Notes under the pieces: model-generated
Databases searched by the model: none
What the model was told of the DNA's origin: nothing
What the model saw: the letters and a program-made list of their open reading frames with translations, nothing else
Position numbers and translations under genes: made by a program
Shown: piece after piece, positions 29,289 to 38,178 of the stretch
Position numbering within the stretch: position 1 is the first letter of the stretch
How the letters are laid out: each line of letters starts with the position of its first letter
NCBI GenBank assembly: GCA_034669905.1
Contig: JAXMOL010000004.1
Span: forward strand, 96,001-160,000
From: Candidatus Hydrogenedentota bacterium
GTDB lineage: Bacteria > Hydrogenedentota > Hydrogenedentia > Hydrogenedentales > JAEUWI01
DNA length: 64,000 nt
Reading direction: 5' to 3'

Positions 29289-29780
29289 ATGGCAAAACAG
29301 GCACAACAAAAACAGGAACGGGTCATCGAGGCCGTGCGGAATGGCCTCGACGGTGACGACGCCGTGGAATTTATCCGCCAGAGCGGATTTGCCATGACGA
29401 CAGCCGGGATTGCCCGACATTTACGCAAACTGGGAGGGAGAGGGAACATCGTGGCCTTGATTGAAGCGGGACTGAGCAATCTGGAGATTCTGCACCGGGT
29501 ATATGGTGACATTGATGCCGAACTGGAAGCGGCCCATACGCCGAGCCAACAGGAACTCTTCAGTGACAATCCACCCACACCCAAGGTGCCGGATAACCTC
29601 CTGTTGCACAAGGATCTCTTCGAGAGCACCAAGATTACACTGAAGATCCCCAATGACCTTCATGAAGCCCTCCGCATGGCCGCCCGGGCCGAAGAAACGA
29701 CCCAGTCCCAGCTCATTATCGATATCTTGACGAGCGCCCTTTCTCGCATGACCTTTGAAATGCCCCGCGACGAAGAGTAG
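29289..29780 (+). CDS. Hypothetical DNA-binding protein (HTH-like N-terminus, ribbon-helix-helix-like C-terminus)
   Basis: GGAGG RBS; GFAMTTAGIARHLRKLG; ITLKIPNDLHEALRMAARAEETTQSQLIIDIL. Confidence 0.65.
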   Translation: MAKQAQQKQERVIEAVRNGLDGDDAVEFIRQSGFAMTTAGIARHLRKLGGRGNIVALIEAGLSNLEILHRVYGDIDAELEAAHTPSQQELFSDNPPTPKVPDNLLLHKDLFESTKITLKIPNDLHEALRMAARAEETTQSQLIIDILTSALSRMTFEMPRDEE

Positions 29781-29988
29781 GGGGCTTGGGTTGGTAGTGC
29801 ATTGAAATCTAGCGGCACTGGCCACGCTTCAAAGGACCTGAAGGACTGGTGCAACGAAGATAACTGGCCACATGGCCAGCAGAAATTTCCAGCGATAAGC
29901 CCCACAGACGACCACCCCGCCAACACATCATCGGCAACGCTCCAAAACATTGTCCCTTCGGTCGTTTTCGTCCTTTTGATTCATACCC

Positions 29989-30753
29989 CTATTGCAACAA
30001 GGTCATAAAGACCAGCAACTCCACCTCGATAATCAGGTGCACGAGACAGGCGACCAGCCAGTTTTTCCGAACCAGGCACCACAGGGTCAAGACCACGGAA
30101 AAGGCGCACATGCCGATGGCCTCCAGGCCCGGCTTCTGCAAGTGATAGAGCGTTTCCGACAAGGGCACGGCGAGCCAACACCACTCCTGCCAACGCAGGG
30201 CCGGAAGTCCCCAGCGCCCCGTCAGTTCCTCCCGCTGCACGGCCCGGAGCAGCACATAGCGGTGGAGAAACTCCCAGCCCAGCAGCCAGGAGAAATTCCA
30301 GATCATGGCCCGCTGGACGTAGCCCCATTTCTGTTCCGCGCCGAGGTGCCCGAGACTCGGGTAGGTGGCCTGCAACGCCGGGATAAGGGGGATGATGAAC
30401 ATGGCGAGCATGCCCAGCACGGTAAGCCCGCCAATGAGAAGCCCATCCCACCGGTCCCATTTTCCTGCCAAATAGCGCCACTGCATCCTGGGCAGAGACA
30501 CGACGAAGGGGATAACGAACCAGAAGATAAACTTGAAGACGTCAAAGCCCGACCACGGGGTGCCCCGAAGAGACGGGAAGGTGGTGGAGAGGTACCACTG
30601 AAGGCGCGACCAGGGAAAGGGCCACTGAACGCGCTGGGCCGCCAGGGTATCGATGCCCAGCACAAGAATCATGTAGACGACCACTACGGCCAACCATACG
30701 TATTGAGGCCGTCGTGTAGAAGCGCTTTTATCGTGCAAGTTTCTTCCCCTCAC
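29989..30753 (-). CDS. CPBP (CAAX/Abi) family intramembrane metalloprotease
   Basis: Multiple TM segments; WEFLHR, YHLQKP..E and C-terminal H motifs; start uncertain. Confidence 0.65.
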   Translation of the reverse strand: MRGRNLHDKSASTRRPQYVWLAVVVVYMILVLGIDTLAAQRVQWPFPWSRLQWYLSTTFPSLRGTPWSGFDVFKFIFWFVIPFVVSLPRMQWRYLAGKWDRWDGLLIGGLTVLGMLAMFIIPLIPALQATYPSLGHLGAEQKWGYVQRAMIWNFSWLLGWEFLHRYVLLRAVQREELTGRWGLPALRWQEWCWLAVPLSETLYHLQKPGLEAIGMCAFSVVLTLWCLVRKNWLVACLVHLIIEVELLVFMTLLQ

Positions 30754-31414
30754 GCGTGTCCGGGAAGGGGCAGAGATCCCGCAGGGTGCACTGGGAACAC
30801 TTGGGCACCCGCGCGGTGCACACGGCCCGTCCGTGAAAAACCATGTAGTGGGAGAAGAGGGTCCAGCAGTTGGGGGGCCAGACCTTCATCAGGTCCTGCT
30901 CAATCTTTACCGCATCCTGATTCTTCGTAAAACCGAGGCGATTGGTGAGGCGCGTGCAATGGGTGTCCACAATGACGCCCTGATGGCCAAAACACTCCCC
31001 GAGAACCACGTTGGCCGTCTTCCGGCCTACCCCCGCAAGCTGGACCAGTTCCTCCATGGTCTGAGGCACTTCACCGTCAAACTTCTCCATGAGGCTGCGG
31101 CAGGTGGAGAGGATGTTCTTCGCCTTCTGCCGGTAGAAACCACAGGAGTGGATAATCTTCTCTATTTCTTTCTGTTCCACCTCCAGAAAATCCTTGGGGT
31201 GGGGAAAGCGCTCGAAGAGTTCAACCGACACAATATTCACCCGCGCATCGGTGCACTGGGCGGCCAGGGCCGTCATGATCAGCAGTTGAAAGGGATTCTT
31301 GAAATCGAGGGTACATCGAATATCGGGATACAGCTCCGCGAGACGTGCATACACCTGGGGCGCACGTTCACGATTGGCCGTGAGGGTTGTCTTGATTTTT
31401 GGGGCAGCGGTCAC
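30728..31414 (-). CDS. nth: Endonuclease III
   Basis: AQCTDARVN, HhH LAGVGRKTAN, VDTH, 4Fe-4S motif C-x6-C-x2-C-x5-C; GTG start at 31414 with AGGAG RBS. Confidence 0.95.
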   Translation of the reverse strand: MTAAPKIKTTLTANRERAPQVYARLAELYPDIRCTLDFKNPFQLLIMTALAAQCTDARVNIVSVELFERFPHPKDFLEVEQKEIEKIIHSCGFYRQKAKNILSTCRSLMEKFDGEVPQTMEELVQLAGVGRKTANVVLGECFGHQGVIVDTHCTRLTNRLGFTKNQDAVKIEQDLMKVWPPNCWTLFSHYMVFHGRAVCTARVPKCSQCTLRDLCPFPDTREGKKLAR

Positions 31415-31646
31415 ACGGGTACTCCTGCGGGATTGGCTCTGCGGGGCGGGGCATCGTTCCATGTGCCGGCGCAGAATGAAATTTTGGAATGGGCCCATTG
31501 TACGAGGATGGGGGGCACAATGTCATGCTACGTGGATGAATCGTCACCCCCACATTCTTCTTGAGTTGTCTCACGGTATATTGCATTATGGCTGTCGGAG
31601 TAGAGCGTGTAACTACGGGGGAAGACACACAACGGGAGGAAAAGCA

Positions 31647-32474
31647 ATGGCCGAACCCATATTCATGTCCAATGAGGATGACCCACGGATGGTGGAGGCC
31701 CATCGCGCGGCCCAGCAGTCCTTCAAGTATTTCTGGCGAGAACTCAGCTGGGAACGGCGGAGAATCGTTCCGGGGCTGGGTGTGGCCATGATAAAACTCG
31801 CTTTCACGGATGGCCCTCGCACGGACGGAAAACCGGACTACGAACAGATGTGGTGTACGGACGTGGAGTTCGATGGGGAAACCTTGAAGGCTAAACTCAT
31901 CAATGCCCCCAACTGGCTCCAATCGGTCAAGGTGGGGGACGCAGTGGAGGTGCCCTTCGCCGAGTTATCGGACTGGATTATGACGGCCAATGATGTGGCC
32001 TATGGCGCATACACGGTCCAGGTAATGCGCGCCGGGATGGGTGGGGCCGAGCGCCGGGCCCACGACAAGGCCTGGGGCCTGGATTTTGGCGACCCCCACG
32101 AGGTGCAAGTCGAGATTAATCGCACGCGGAAGAAACCGGGATTCATCGCCCGTCTTCTGGGGGCCAAGTCCGCACCGAGTGAGGAGGCTGCGCCCCAAAC
32201 GGGTTTTCGTGATCATCCCATGTGCGTCAATATGCTGGAGAAAATCGACGAACAACTCCAGACCGACCCATCGATGGCATCCTTCATAGACGAGCGGGGC
32301 TGGAGCATGCTCCACGGCGACGCCCTCGCCGGCAATCTCGGGGTCGTTAAACTGCTCCTGAAACACGGCGCGGATATAAACGCGAAGACTCCCGAAGGTA
32401 AAGACGCCGCCGCACTCGCGCGCCCGATCGGTTGGCACGAGATTGCGGACTATCTCACAAAAGAAGCGGGGTAA
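31647..32474 (+). CDS. DUF2314 (YegJ-like) domain protein with a C-terminal ankyrin repeat
   Basis: DPRMVEAHRAAQQSFKYFW, EQMW, LINAP, ELSDW, GAYT; GWSMLHGDALAGNLGVVKLLLKHGADINAK; GGGAGG RBS. Confidence 0.75.
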   Translation: MAEPIFMSNEDDPRMVEAHRAAQQSFKYFWRELSWERRRIVPGLGVAMIKLAFTDGPRTDGKPDYEQMWCTDVEFDGETLKAKLINAPNWLQSVKVGDAVEVPFAELSDWIMTANDVAYGAYTVQVMRAGMGGAERRAHDKAWGLDFGDPHEVQVEINRTRKKPGFIARLLGAKSAPSEEAAPQTGFRDHPMCVNMLEKIDEQLQTDPSMASFIDERGWSMLHGDALAGNLGVVKLLLKHGADINAKTPEGKDAAALARPIGWHEIADYLTKEAG

Positions 32475-32524
32475 ACCTATGGAGCGCCGCCGGTCCGATG
32501 GCATCGCGTGGAAAGCGTGATAGG

Positions 32525-32610
32525 CTCACAATCCAGCGCCCCCCCTTGCGCGAGAGGAGCAAACGCCCGGTGGCATGGCCCAGGGTGGTAGTGTAGGGGT
32601 TCTCAATGGC
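32525..32610 (-). repeat. Diverged fragment of the polX PHP-domain coding sequence (pseudogene relic)
   Basis: 32543-32610 matches 34218-34285 at 60 of 68 nt; it reads AIENPYTTTLGHATGRLLLSRKG versus AIENPYTAILGHATGRLLLSRKG in polX. Confidence 0.9.
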
Positions 32611-32771
32611 AGAGGTAGACATTCTTCGTTTGCTCGAAATGTCCCGACAGGGGTGCAGGAAATCAGGGAATTGTATCCACGCGGGTGCCCCAGATAAACT
32701 CGTAGTGTTGGATCTATACGGCGACTCCGTATCGGTGTGTGCTTGAGCATACGAGGAAGAAGGTAGGCTGG

Positions 32772-33767
32772 ATGTCATTTTTTGAGATCGTTGGGTCGGC
32801 GGATCTGGAGAGGATTTCCCAAGCAATAGCGGAAGGTGCAGAAGTCAACGAACTTGAACCGTGCACCGGCAATACCCCGCTGATGCTCGTTTGCCGACAA
32901 AACGGCGAAAAAACACTGGAAATCCTCTCCGCGCTTATCGATGCGGGTGCCGACGTCAATCATGTGCGCAAATCAGACAAAATGACCCCGCTGAAACTGG
33001 CGTCGCTGCATTGCTCCGGGGCATGTGTGGAAAGGCTGCTTGCCGCGGGCGCGGATCTGGAGGGGCCACCGAGCTCGAAGGAAACGCCCCTTTTCCTGGC
33101 GTCACGGGCCAACAACTACGACGCGGTCATGGTACTGATTGGACACGGTGCGGATCTGGGCATGGGCGGCGCCATCGGGGGGGATGCGGTGCGTGCCGCC
33201 GAAGATGCTTACACCCAACGCCCACGAGAATCCGATGACGCACCTCATCAAGATTTTTCCGACCTGCTTGATGCACTGAGTACGCGGCTGGCAACCGACC
33301 GTCCTCAATTTCTGCTCGGACTGAACCCGCCTGCAACACAAAAGCAACTGGAAGCCTTCGAACATTCGACCGGTCTGAAATTACCGGAGGAATATAGGCA
33401 ATTACTTGGGTGGCGGAACGGACAGCCCGACGATTGCTTCGAAGACTTTCATCCCTTTTCCGGTGAGATGTTCATGTCTCTTGCTTCGATCGAGGCAACG
33501 ATAGCAACCATGATTGAGTTACTAGACACCGGAGATATTGATGAACGCCATTGGCACCGGGATTGGCTGCCCATCTTGGCCGACGGCAGCGGCAATCACA
33601 CTTGCATCGACCTGTCTACGGAGGGCAATGGAAGAATTATTAATTTTGACCACGAAGTGGGATTCGCAGGCATTGCCCAGGGCAACCTCTCGGCGTGGTT
33701 GGAGGAATTACTGGCGAAACTTCAATATCTGGATGTTGAAGCGTGGGAGAAAGAACAATCGCGGTAG
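32772..33767 (+). CDS. Ankyrin-repeat plus SMI1/KNR4 (SUKH) domain protein
   Basis: Repeated TPL..A...GAD ankyrin units; LNPPATQKQLEAFEHSTGLKLPEEYRQLLGWRNGQ and WLPILADGSGNHTCIDL SUKH motifs. Confidence 0.85.
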   Translation: MSFFEIVGSADLERISQAIAEGAEVNELEPCTGNTPLMLVCRQNGEKTLEILSALIDAGADVNHVRKSDKMTPLKLASLHCSGACVERLLAAGADLEGPPSSKETPLFLASRANNYDAVMVLIGHGADLGMGGAIGGDAVRAAEDAYTQRPRESDDAPHQDFSDLLDALSTRLATDRPQFLLGLNPPATQKQLEAFEHSTGLKLPEEYRQLLGWRNGQPDDCFEDFHPFSGEMFMSLASIEATIATMIELLDTGDIDERHWHRDWLPILADGSGNHTCIDLSTEGNGRIINFDHEVGFAGIAQGNLSAWLEELLAKLQYLDVEAWEKEQSR

Positions 33768-33940
33768 GTGTAGCGTCGCCCCACGACTTGGCCCCGCAAA
33801 TGGACACATTGCATCAACGAAAGGGTATGCGCCGTAAACGGTTTCGGTCCGACCACTCTACCAAGTCGAAGTGGGACCGTTGGCTCGCGGAACTTCACGC
33901 AGCTTCTCGAAACTTGGCGACCCTGGCCGGATGAGAATTT

Positions 33941-35641
33941 TCATTTTCGCCAAGCCAACAGTTCTTCTGCCGTCCAGCAATTGATCACATGCTCGGCGGC
34001 AAGCCAGCCCTTGCGCGCGATACCCACGCCATACTGGACGTGGTCCAGGCCCGAGATGCGGTGGGCGTCGGGGCCGATGGAGAAGAGCACGCCCTTGTCG
34101 CGGCCATGGCGGATGTGGCGCCAGTCGATGTCAAGACGCTTGCAGTTGGCGTTGATTTCCACGGCTACCTTGTTGGCGACACAGGCATCAAAGACCTTCT
34201 CCCAGTCCAATGGGAAGCCCTTGCGGGAGAGGAGCAAGCGCCCTGTGGCATGGCCCAGGATGGCGGTGTAGGGATTCTCGATGGCCGTGACGATACGCTT
34301 GGTGGCTTCTTTCTCTTCCATCTCCAGCTTGTTGTGTACCGACGCCACAATCAAGTCGAAACTGGCGAGCACGTCGTCTTCATAGTCCAGCGAACCGTCC
34401 GTGCGAATGTCGGACTCAATGCCCGAGAGGATGCAAAAGCCCTTGAGCTTTTGGTTCAGTGCCGCGATTTCGGCCTGCTGCTTTTCGATGCGGTCGGGCT
34501 TGAGGCCATTGGCATAGCCCGCCGATTGGCTGTGGTCCGTGATGAGGAGGTATTCATAGCCCCGCTCCTGGGTCGCGACGGCCATTTCTTCCAGGGTATT
34601 CCGGCCATCGCTATAGGTGGAGTGGCAGTGGATAATACCCTTGAGGTCTTTTTCCTCCAACAGGGGGGGCGTCTCCGAGATGTCAAACTCGCCGCGGTCC
34701 TCCCGCAGTTCCGGGGGCAGAAAGGGCAGCTCCAGGGCTGCGTAGATAGCTTCTTCTGACGTACATTCAACAAGGGTATCATCGGATTTGAAGAGGCCAT
34801 ATTCATTGAGCTTGAGGTCACGCTCCTTCGCCCGCTGACGGAGCACCACGTTGTGCTCTTTGCTGCCCGTGAAGTGGAGGAGGGTATAGGGGAATTCCTT
34901 CGCGTCTACCACCCGCAGGTCCGCGCTGATGCCCGACTCGAAGCGCACGGACGACTTGGTCTCGCCGTGGCCGATGATCTGGGCCACCTCCGGCGCGTCG
35001 ACGAAGTGTTGCATGAGGGCCTTTACGTCGGAGGTGGTGGCGACCATGTCGATGTCTTTCACCACTTCCTTCCGCCGCCGCAGGCTCCCCGTGACAGCCA
35101 GTTCACCCACCAGCCCGGATTCCTTCAGATAGGCCACCAGCGCTTCCGCCTGTTTTTCCGCCTTGTCGAAGTGGAAGGAGCCCGTATGCTCCCGGGCAAA
35201 GGTGATGCCTTCCAGGATTTTATCCTGCATCTTACCGCTGATGCCCTTGAGGGGCTTCAGTTCGTCATTCTTGCAGGCAGCCTCCAGTTTGTCCATCGAA
35301 TCGATTCCAAGCTCATTGTAGACCTGCTTGATACGCTTGGGTCCCAGCCCGGGGATGGCAAACAACTCGTAGATGGATTCGGGAAACTCAGCGCGCATGG
35401 ATATAAGGTCACTGCTTTCGCCCGTTTCGAAGAGCTCATTGATGATGGCCGCCAGGGCCTCGCCGATGCCCTTGATGTCCCGCAGGCGTTTTTCCGCAAC
35501 CACCGTGGCCAGATCTTCGTCGAGGGTCTCAATCGTTCGCGCACCATTGACAAAAGAGCGGATACGAAAGGTGTTCTCGCCCTTCAATTCCATCAGCAGG
35601 GCAATCTCTTCGAGGACGCCCGCCACATCTTTCTTATCCAT
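33941..35641 (-). CDS. polX: DNA polymerase X/PHP 3'-5' exonuclease
   Basis: HhH motifs IKGIG and IPGLGPK, GSLRR..DID, FTGSKEHN, LNEYGL; PHP motifs HCHS, TDHS, GHATG, DAH. Confidence 0.95.
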   Translation of the reverse strand: MDKKDVAGVLEEIALLMELKGENTFRIRSFVNGARTIETLDEDLATVVAEKRLRDIKGIGEALAAIINELFETGESSDLISMRAEFPESIYELFAIPGLGPKRIKQVYNELGIDSMDKLEAACKNDELKPLKGISGKMQDKILEGITFAREHTGSFHFDKAEKQAEALVAYLKESGLVGELAVTGSLRRRKEVVKDIDMVATTSDVKALMQHFVDAPEVAQIIGHGETKSSVRFESGISADLRVVDAKEFPYTLLHFTGSKEHNVVLRQRAKERDLKLNEYGLFKSDDTLVECTSEEAIYAALELPFLPPELREDRGEFDISETPPLLEEKDLKGIIHCHSTYSDGRNTLEEMAVATQERGYEYLLITDHSQSAGYANGLKPDRIEKQQAEIAALNQKLKGFCILSGIESDIRTDGSLDYEDDVLASFDLIVASVHNKLEMEEKEATKRIVTAIENPYTAILGHATGRLLLSRKGFPLDWEKVFDACVANKVAVEINANCKRLDIDWRHIRHGRDKGVLFSIGPDAHRISGLDHVQYGVGIARKGWLAAEHVINCWTAEELLAWRK

Positions 35642-36038
35642 GATTCATTCCTATATAGCGGCCGAGAAAGAGGCCGAGAAAAATCGCACCGACGCCCAGC
35701 AGGTTTTGCCCGCCGATGTAGAGGGTCGCCAACATCCATTGTCCCTCACGCAGGAGGGCGCTGCCGTCCAGGGCAAAGGTGGAGAAGGTCGTAAAGGACC
35801 CCATAAAGCCTACCAGGATAGCCACCTTGGTGACTTCGCTGAATTCGAAGCGGTGCTCCGCCAGCGAGACAAAGAGGCCAAAAAGGAGGCAGCCCACCAT
35901 GTTCACGGTGAAGGTCGCCCAGGGAAATCCGGTCCAGCCGAAATGGCGGACGAGGCCATAGACCCCAAAGCGGGTGAGGGCACCCAGGGCGCCAAAGAGC
36001 CCAACGGCACCTATTTTTAAGAGTAAACTTGTCGACAT
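35634..36038 (-). CDS. crcB: Fluoride efflux channel CrcB/FluC
   Basis: GALGALTR, FPWATFTVNMVG, GFMGSFTTFSTF. Confidence 0.93.
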   Translation of the reverse strand: MSTSLLLKIGAVGLFGALGALTRFGVYGLVRHFGWTGFPWATFTVNMVGCLLFGLFVSLAEHRFEFSEVTKVAILVGFMGSFTTFSTFALDGSALLREGQWMLATLYIGGQNLLGVGAIFLGLFLGRYIGMNHG

Positions 36039-36140
36039 GGGGTCCCGTTCTGTGGGTGGAAACAGTGGACCTACTGTAGGGATTTTCGGCGGAAAATTGC
36101 AAACTATGGACGACGATGCAACTTAGAGCAGCCGTTGGCG

Positions 36141-36817
36141 CAACCAAAAGAGTTGAACCACGAATGCACACTAATTTACACGAATTTGGTTGGCCGCAAG
36201 AGAGCGCAAGGAACGCAGAGAAGTGCTACGCTTTTCCGTTCTCTGTGCGCTTGGTGTCTCTGTGGTGAAAATATCACCAGCTGACAATCATAAATAGTTG
36301 ACCACGGACAAACCGGATGATACGGATGATTGGGAACGGAGGCCTCACGAAAGTCGCGTCGTGGACATTCGAGCCCGAAGATAGTTTCTAATTATATCCG
36401 TATTATCCTTTCAATCCGTGGTCAAAATTTGGGTTTTTCCCGACCCCTACTCGCGAGCGTAACCTTAGTATTGACACGGCGAAGCGAACGCTTTCGTTTT
36501 ATTTTCTAGTTAAAAGGAGAAGAAAGCGCCAGATAGTAGTATGAAGTGCGCATTAAAAGACGCACTACCACGGAAGGCACGGAAATACACGGAATGAGTT
36601 ACCTGTGGCTCAACGTAATTGGCGAATTTAGACGGGCAGGAGCCTGTGTACCGAATTTTACGCCCCCATCCTGTCGCGTTTCTTGTTGATGGCAACCGTC
36701 ACCCTTAAGAAGAGAGCAATCAAAGGTAGCGACCCTGAAGATTCAAGCACTCCAAAATCCATCGTACACGCAGATTACACCGAAGGTTTCCGTGTAATTC
36801 CGTGTTTTCCGTGGTAG
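36141..36817. repeat. Intergenic array of ~30-bp triple-heptamer modules arranged as inverted pairs
   Basis: Modules at 36156-36185, 36192-36222/36239-36269, 36298-36327/36396-36425 (24 of 30 nt inverted identity) and 36565-36594/36788-36817 (27 of 30). Confidence 0.85.
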
Positions 36818-36925
36818 CAACTCTTTTCCGACAGGCTGGCACCACCTCAAATTCTGGCACCCACAGTTCAAACTCCATTACAATACGGCCCAATCAATTT
36901 CCAACACCCCACAGGAGAATTCCCC

Positions 36926-38062
36926 GTGCGTTTCCGTACCCGTGCCATCCATGCCGGCCAAGGCCCCGATCCCCAGCATGGCGCCGTCATGACCCCCGTA
37001 TTCCAGTCGTCCACCTTCGCCTTCAATTCTCCTGACGACTCGGGCGAGTTTGACTACTCCCGCTCGGGGAACCCGACCCGGAAGGCCCTGGAAGAGTGCC
37101 TGGCTTCCTTGGAGAACGGCACGCGGGGCTTTGCTTTTGCGACCGGGATGGCCGCGGAGACGACCATCATGATGCTCTGCAACGCCGGGGACCACCTCAT
37201 CGCCAGCAATGAGTGCTACGGCGGCACCTACCGGGTGCTCATGAACGTACTGAAGACCAAGGGCGTCGAAATCGAGCTCGTCGACATGGCCAACCTCAAT
37301 GCCGTACGCCATGCCGTGAAACCCAACACGAAAATGATGTGGATCGAGTCGCCCACCAACCCGCTGATGAAGGTGGTGGATATTGAGGCCCTCGGAAAAA
37401 TCGGCCAGGCCAACGGCATCACCACCGTGGTGGACAACACCTTCCTTTCGCCCTACCTGCAGAATCCCCTCGATTTGGGTATTGATATTGTCGTGCACTC
37501 CACCACCAAGTACATCAACGGCCACTCTGATGTGGTCGGGGGTGGTGTCGTGGTGAAGGACGAAGAACTCGGCAACCAGATCTATTTCCTGCAGAACGCC
37601 ATCGGGGCCGTACCCGGCCCATGGGACTGCTTCCTCGTGCTCCGGGGCATCAAGACCCTGGCCCTCCGCATGGAAGCCCACATGAAGAACGCCCTGGCCT
37701 TAGGCGAATTCCTGGAATCGCACCCGAAGATCGAAAAGGTGCTTCACCCGGGGCTACCGAGTCATCCCGGCTACGAGTTGAACAAGAAACAGGCCCGGGG
37801 CGCGGGGGGGACCTTCTCCTTCTACGTCAAAGGCGGCGTGAAAGAGGCCTACGATCTCCTGGGCAAGTTGGAACTCTTTTCCCAGGCCGTGTCGCTGGGC
37901 GGCGTGGAATCGCTCATTGAGTATCCCTGGACCATGACCCACGGCCCCATGCCCGAAGCGGCACGTCGTGAGATGGGTATCGCGGAAAACCTCATTCGGG
38001 TCTCGGTAGGCCTGGAGGATTCGGAGGATATCATCGCCGACTTTACGCGGGCGCTGGCGTAA
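36926..38062 (+). CDS. Cys/Met metabolism PLP enzyme (cystathionine gamma-synthase/gamma-lyase)
   Basis: YSRSGNPT, ESPTNP, VDNTF, HSTTKYINGHSD (PLP lysine), SLGGVES; GTG start with AGGAG RBS. MetB versus MccB cannot be resolved by eye. Confidence 0.92.
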   Translation: MRFRTRAIHAGQGPDPQHGAVMTPVFQSSTFAFNSPDDSGEFDYSRSGNPTRKALEECLASLENGTRGFAFATGMAAETTIMMLCNAGDHLIASNECYGGTYRVLMNVLKTKGVEIELVDMANLNAVRHAVKPNTKMMWIESPTNPLMKVVDIEALGKIGQANGITTVVDNTFLSPYLQNPLDLGIDIVVHSTTKYINGHSDVVGGGVVVKDEELGNQIYFLQNAIGAVPGPWDCFLVLRGIKTLALRMEAHMKNALALGEFLESHPKIEKVLHPGLPSHPGYELNKKQARGAGGTFSFYVKGGVKEAYDLLGKLELFSQAVSLGGVESLIEYPWTMTHGPMPEAARREMGIAENLIRVSVGLEDSEDIIADFTRALA

Positions 38063-38178
38063 AAAAACTTACACGCGGATAAAATCACAATCTGAGCCAG
38101 AAGGGCGGATTGTGCCCGGCCACGCGTGTGGTGCCTGATGGTATTGCCAACCCTCAGCGCAAGTGGACGTCGTGCCAA

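Noticed and set aside
33810..33934. Short ORF and imperfect hairpin (possible attC site or gene remnant) after the SUKH gene
   Set aside because: No proper RYYYAAC/GTTRRRY boxes, no integron integrase, and no recognisable homology.
32543..34285. DGR template/variable repeat pair
   Set aside because: Mismatches are not confined to adenines of one copy, are mostly synonymous, and no reverse transcriptase is present.
36039..36140. Fluoride riboswitch upstream of crcB
   Set aside because: No GGCGATGG..TCGCC / GATGAC.CCTAC-like core is visible on the minus strand; an Infernal search would be decisive.
36141..36817. CRISPR array
   Set aside because: Repeats are inverted pairs of differing sequence with irregular spacing (16-193 bp), not identical direct repeats, and there are no cas genes.
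36510..36817. Small ORFs within the repeat array (e.g. a GxxExxY remnant)
   Set aside because: The translations I checked between the inverted modules gave no recognisable motif or convincing RBS.
36600..36925. SAM riboswitch or T-box upstream of the Cys/Met PLP enzyme
   Set aside because: No ATC.AGA..GGAGGG...GCAACC...GTGC core or T-box motif found by eye.
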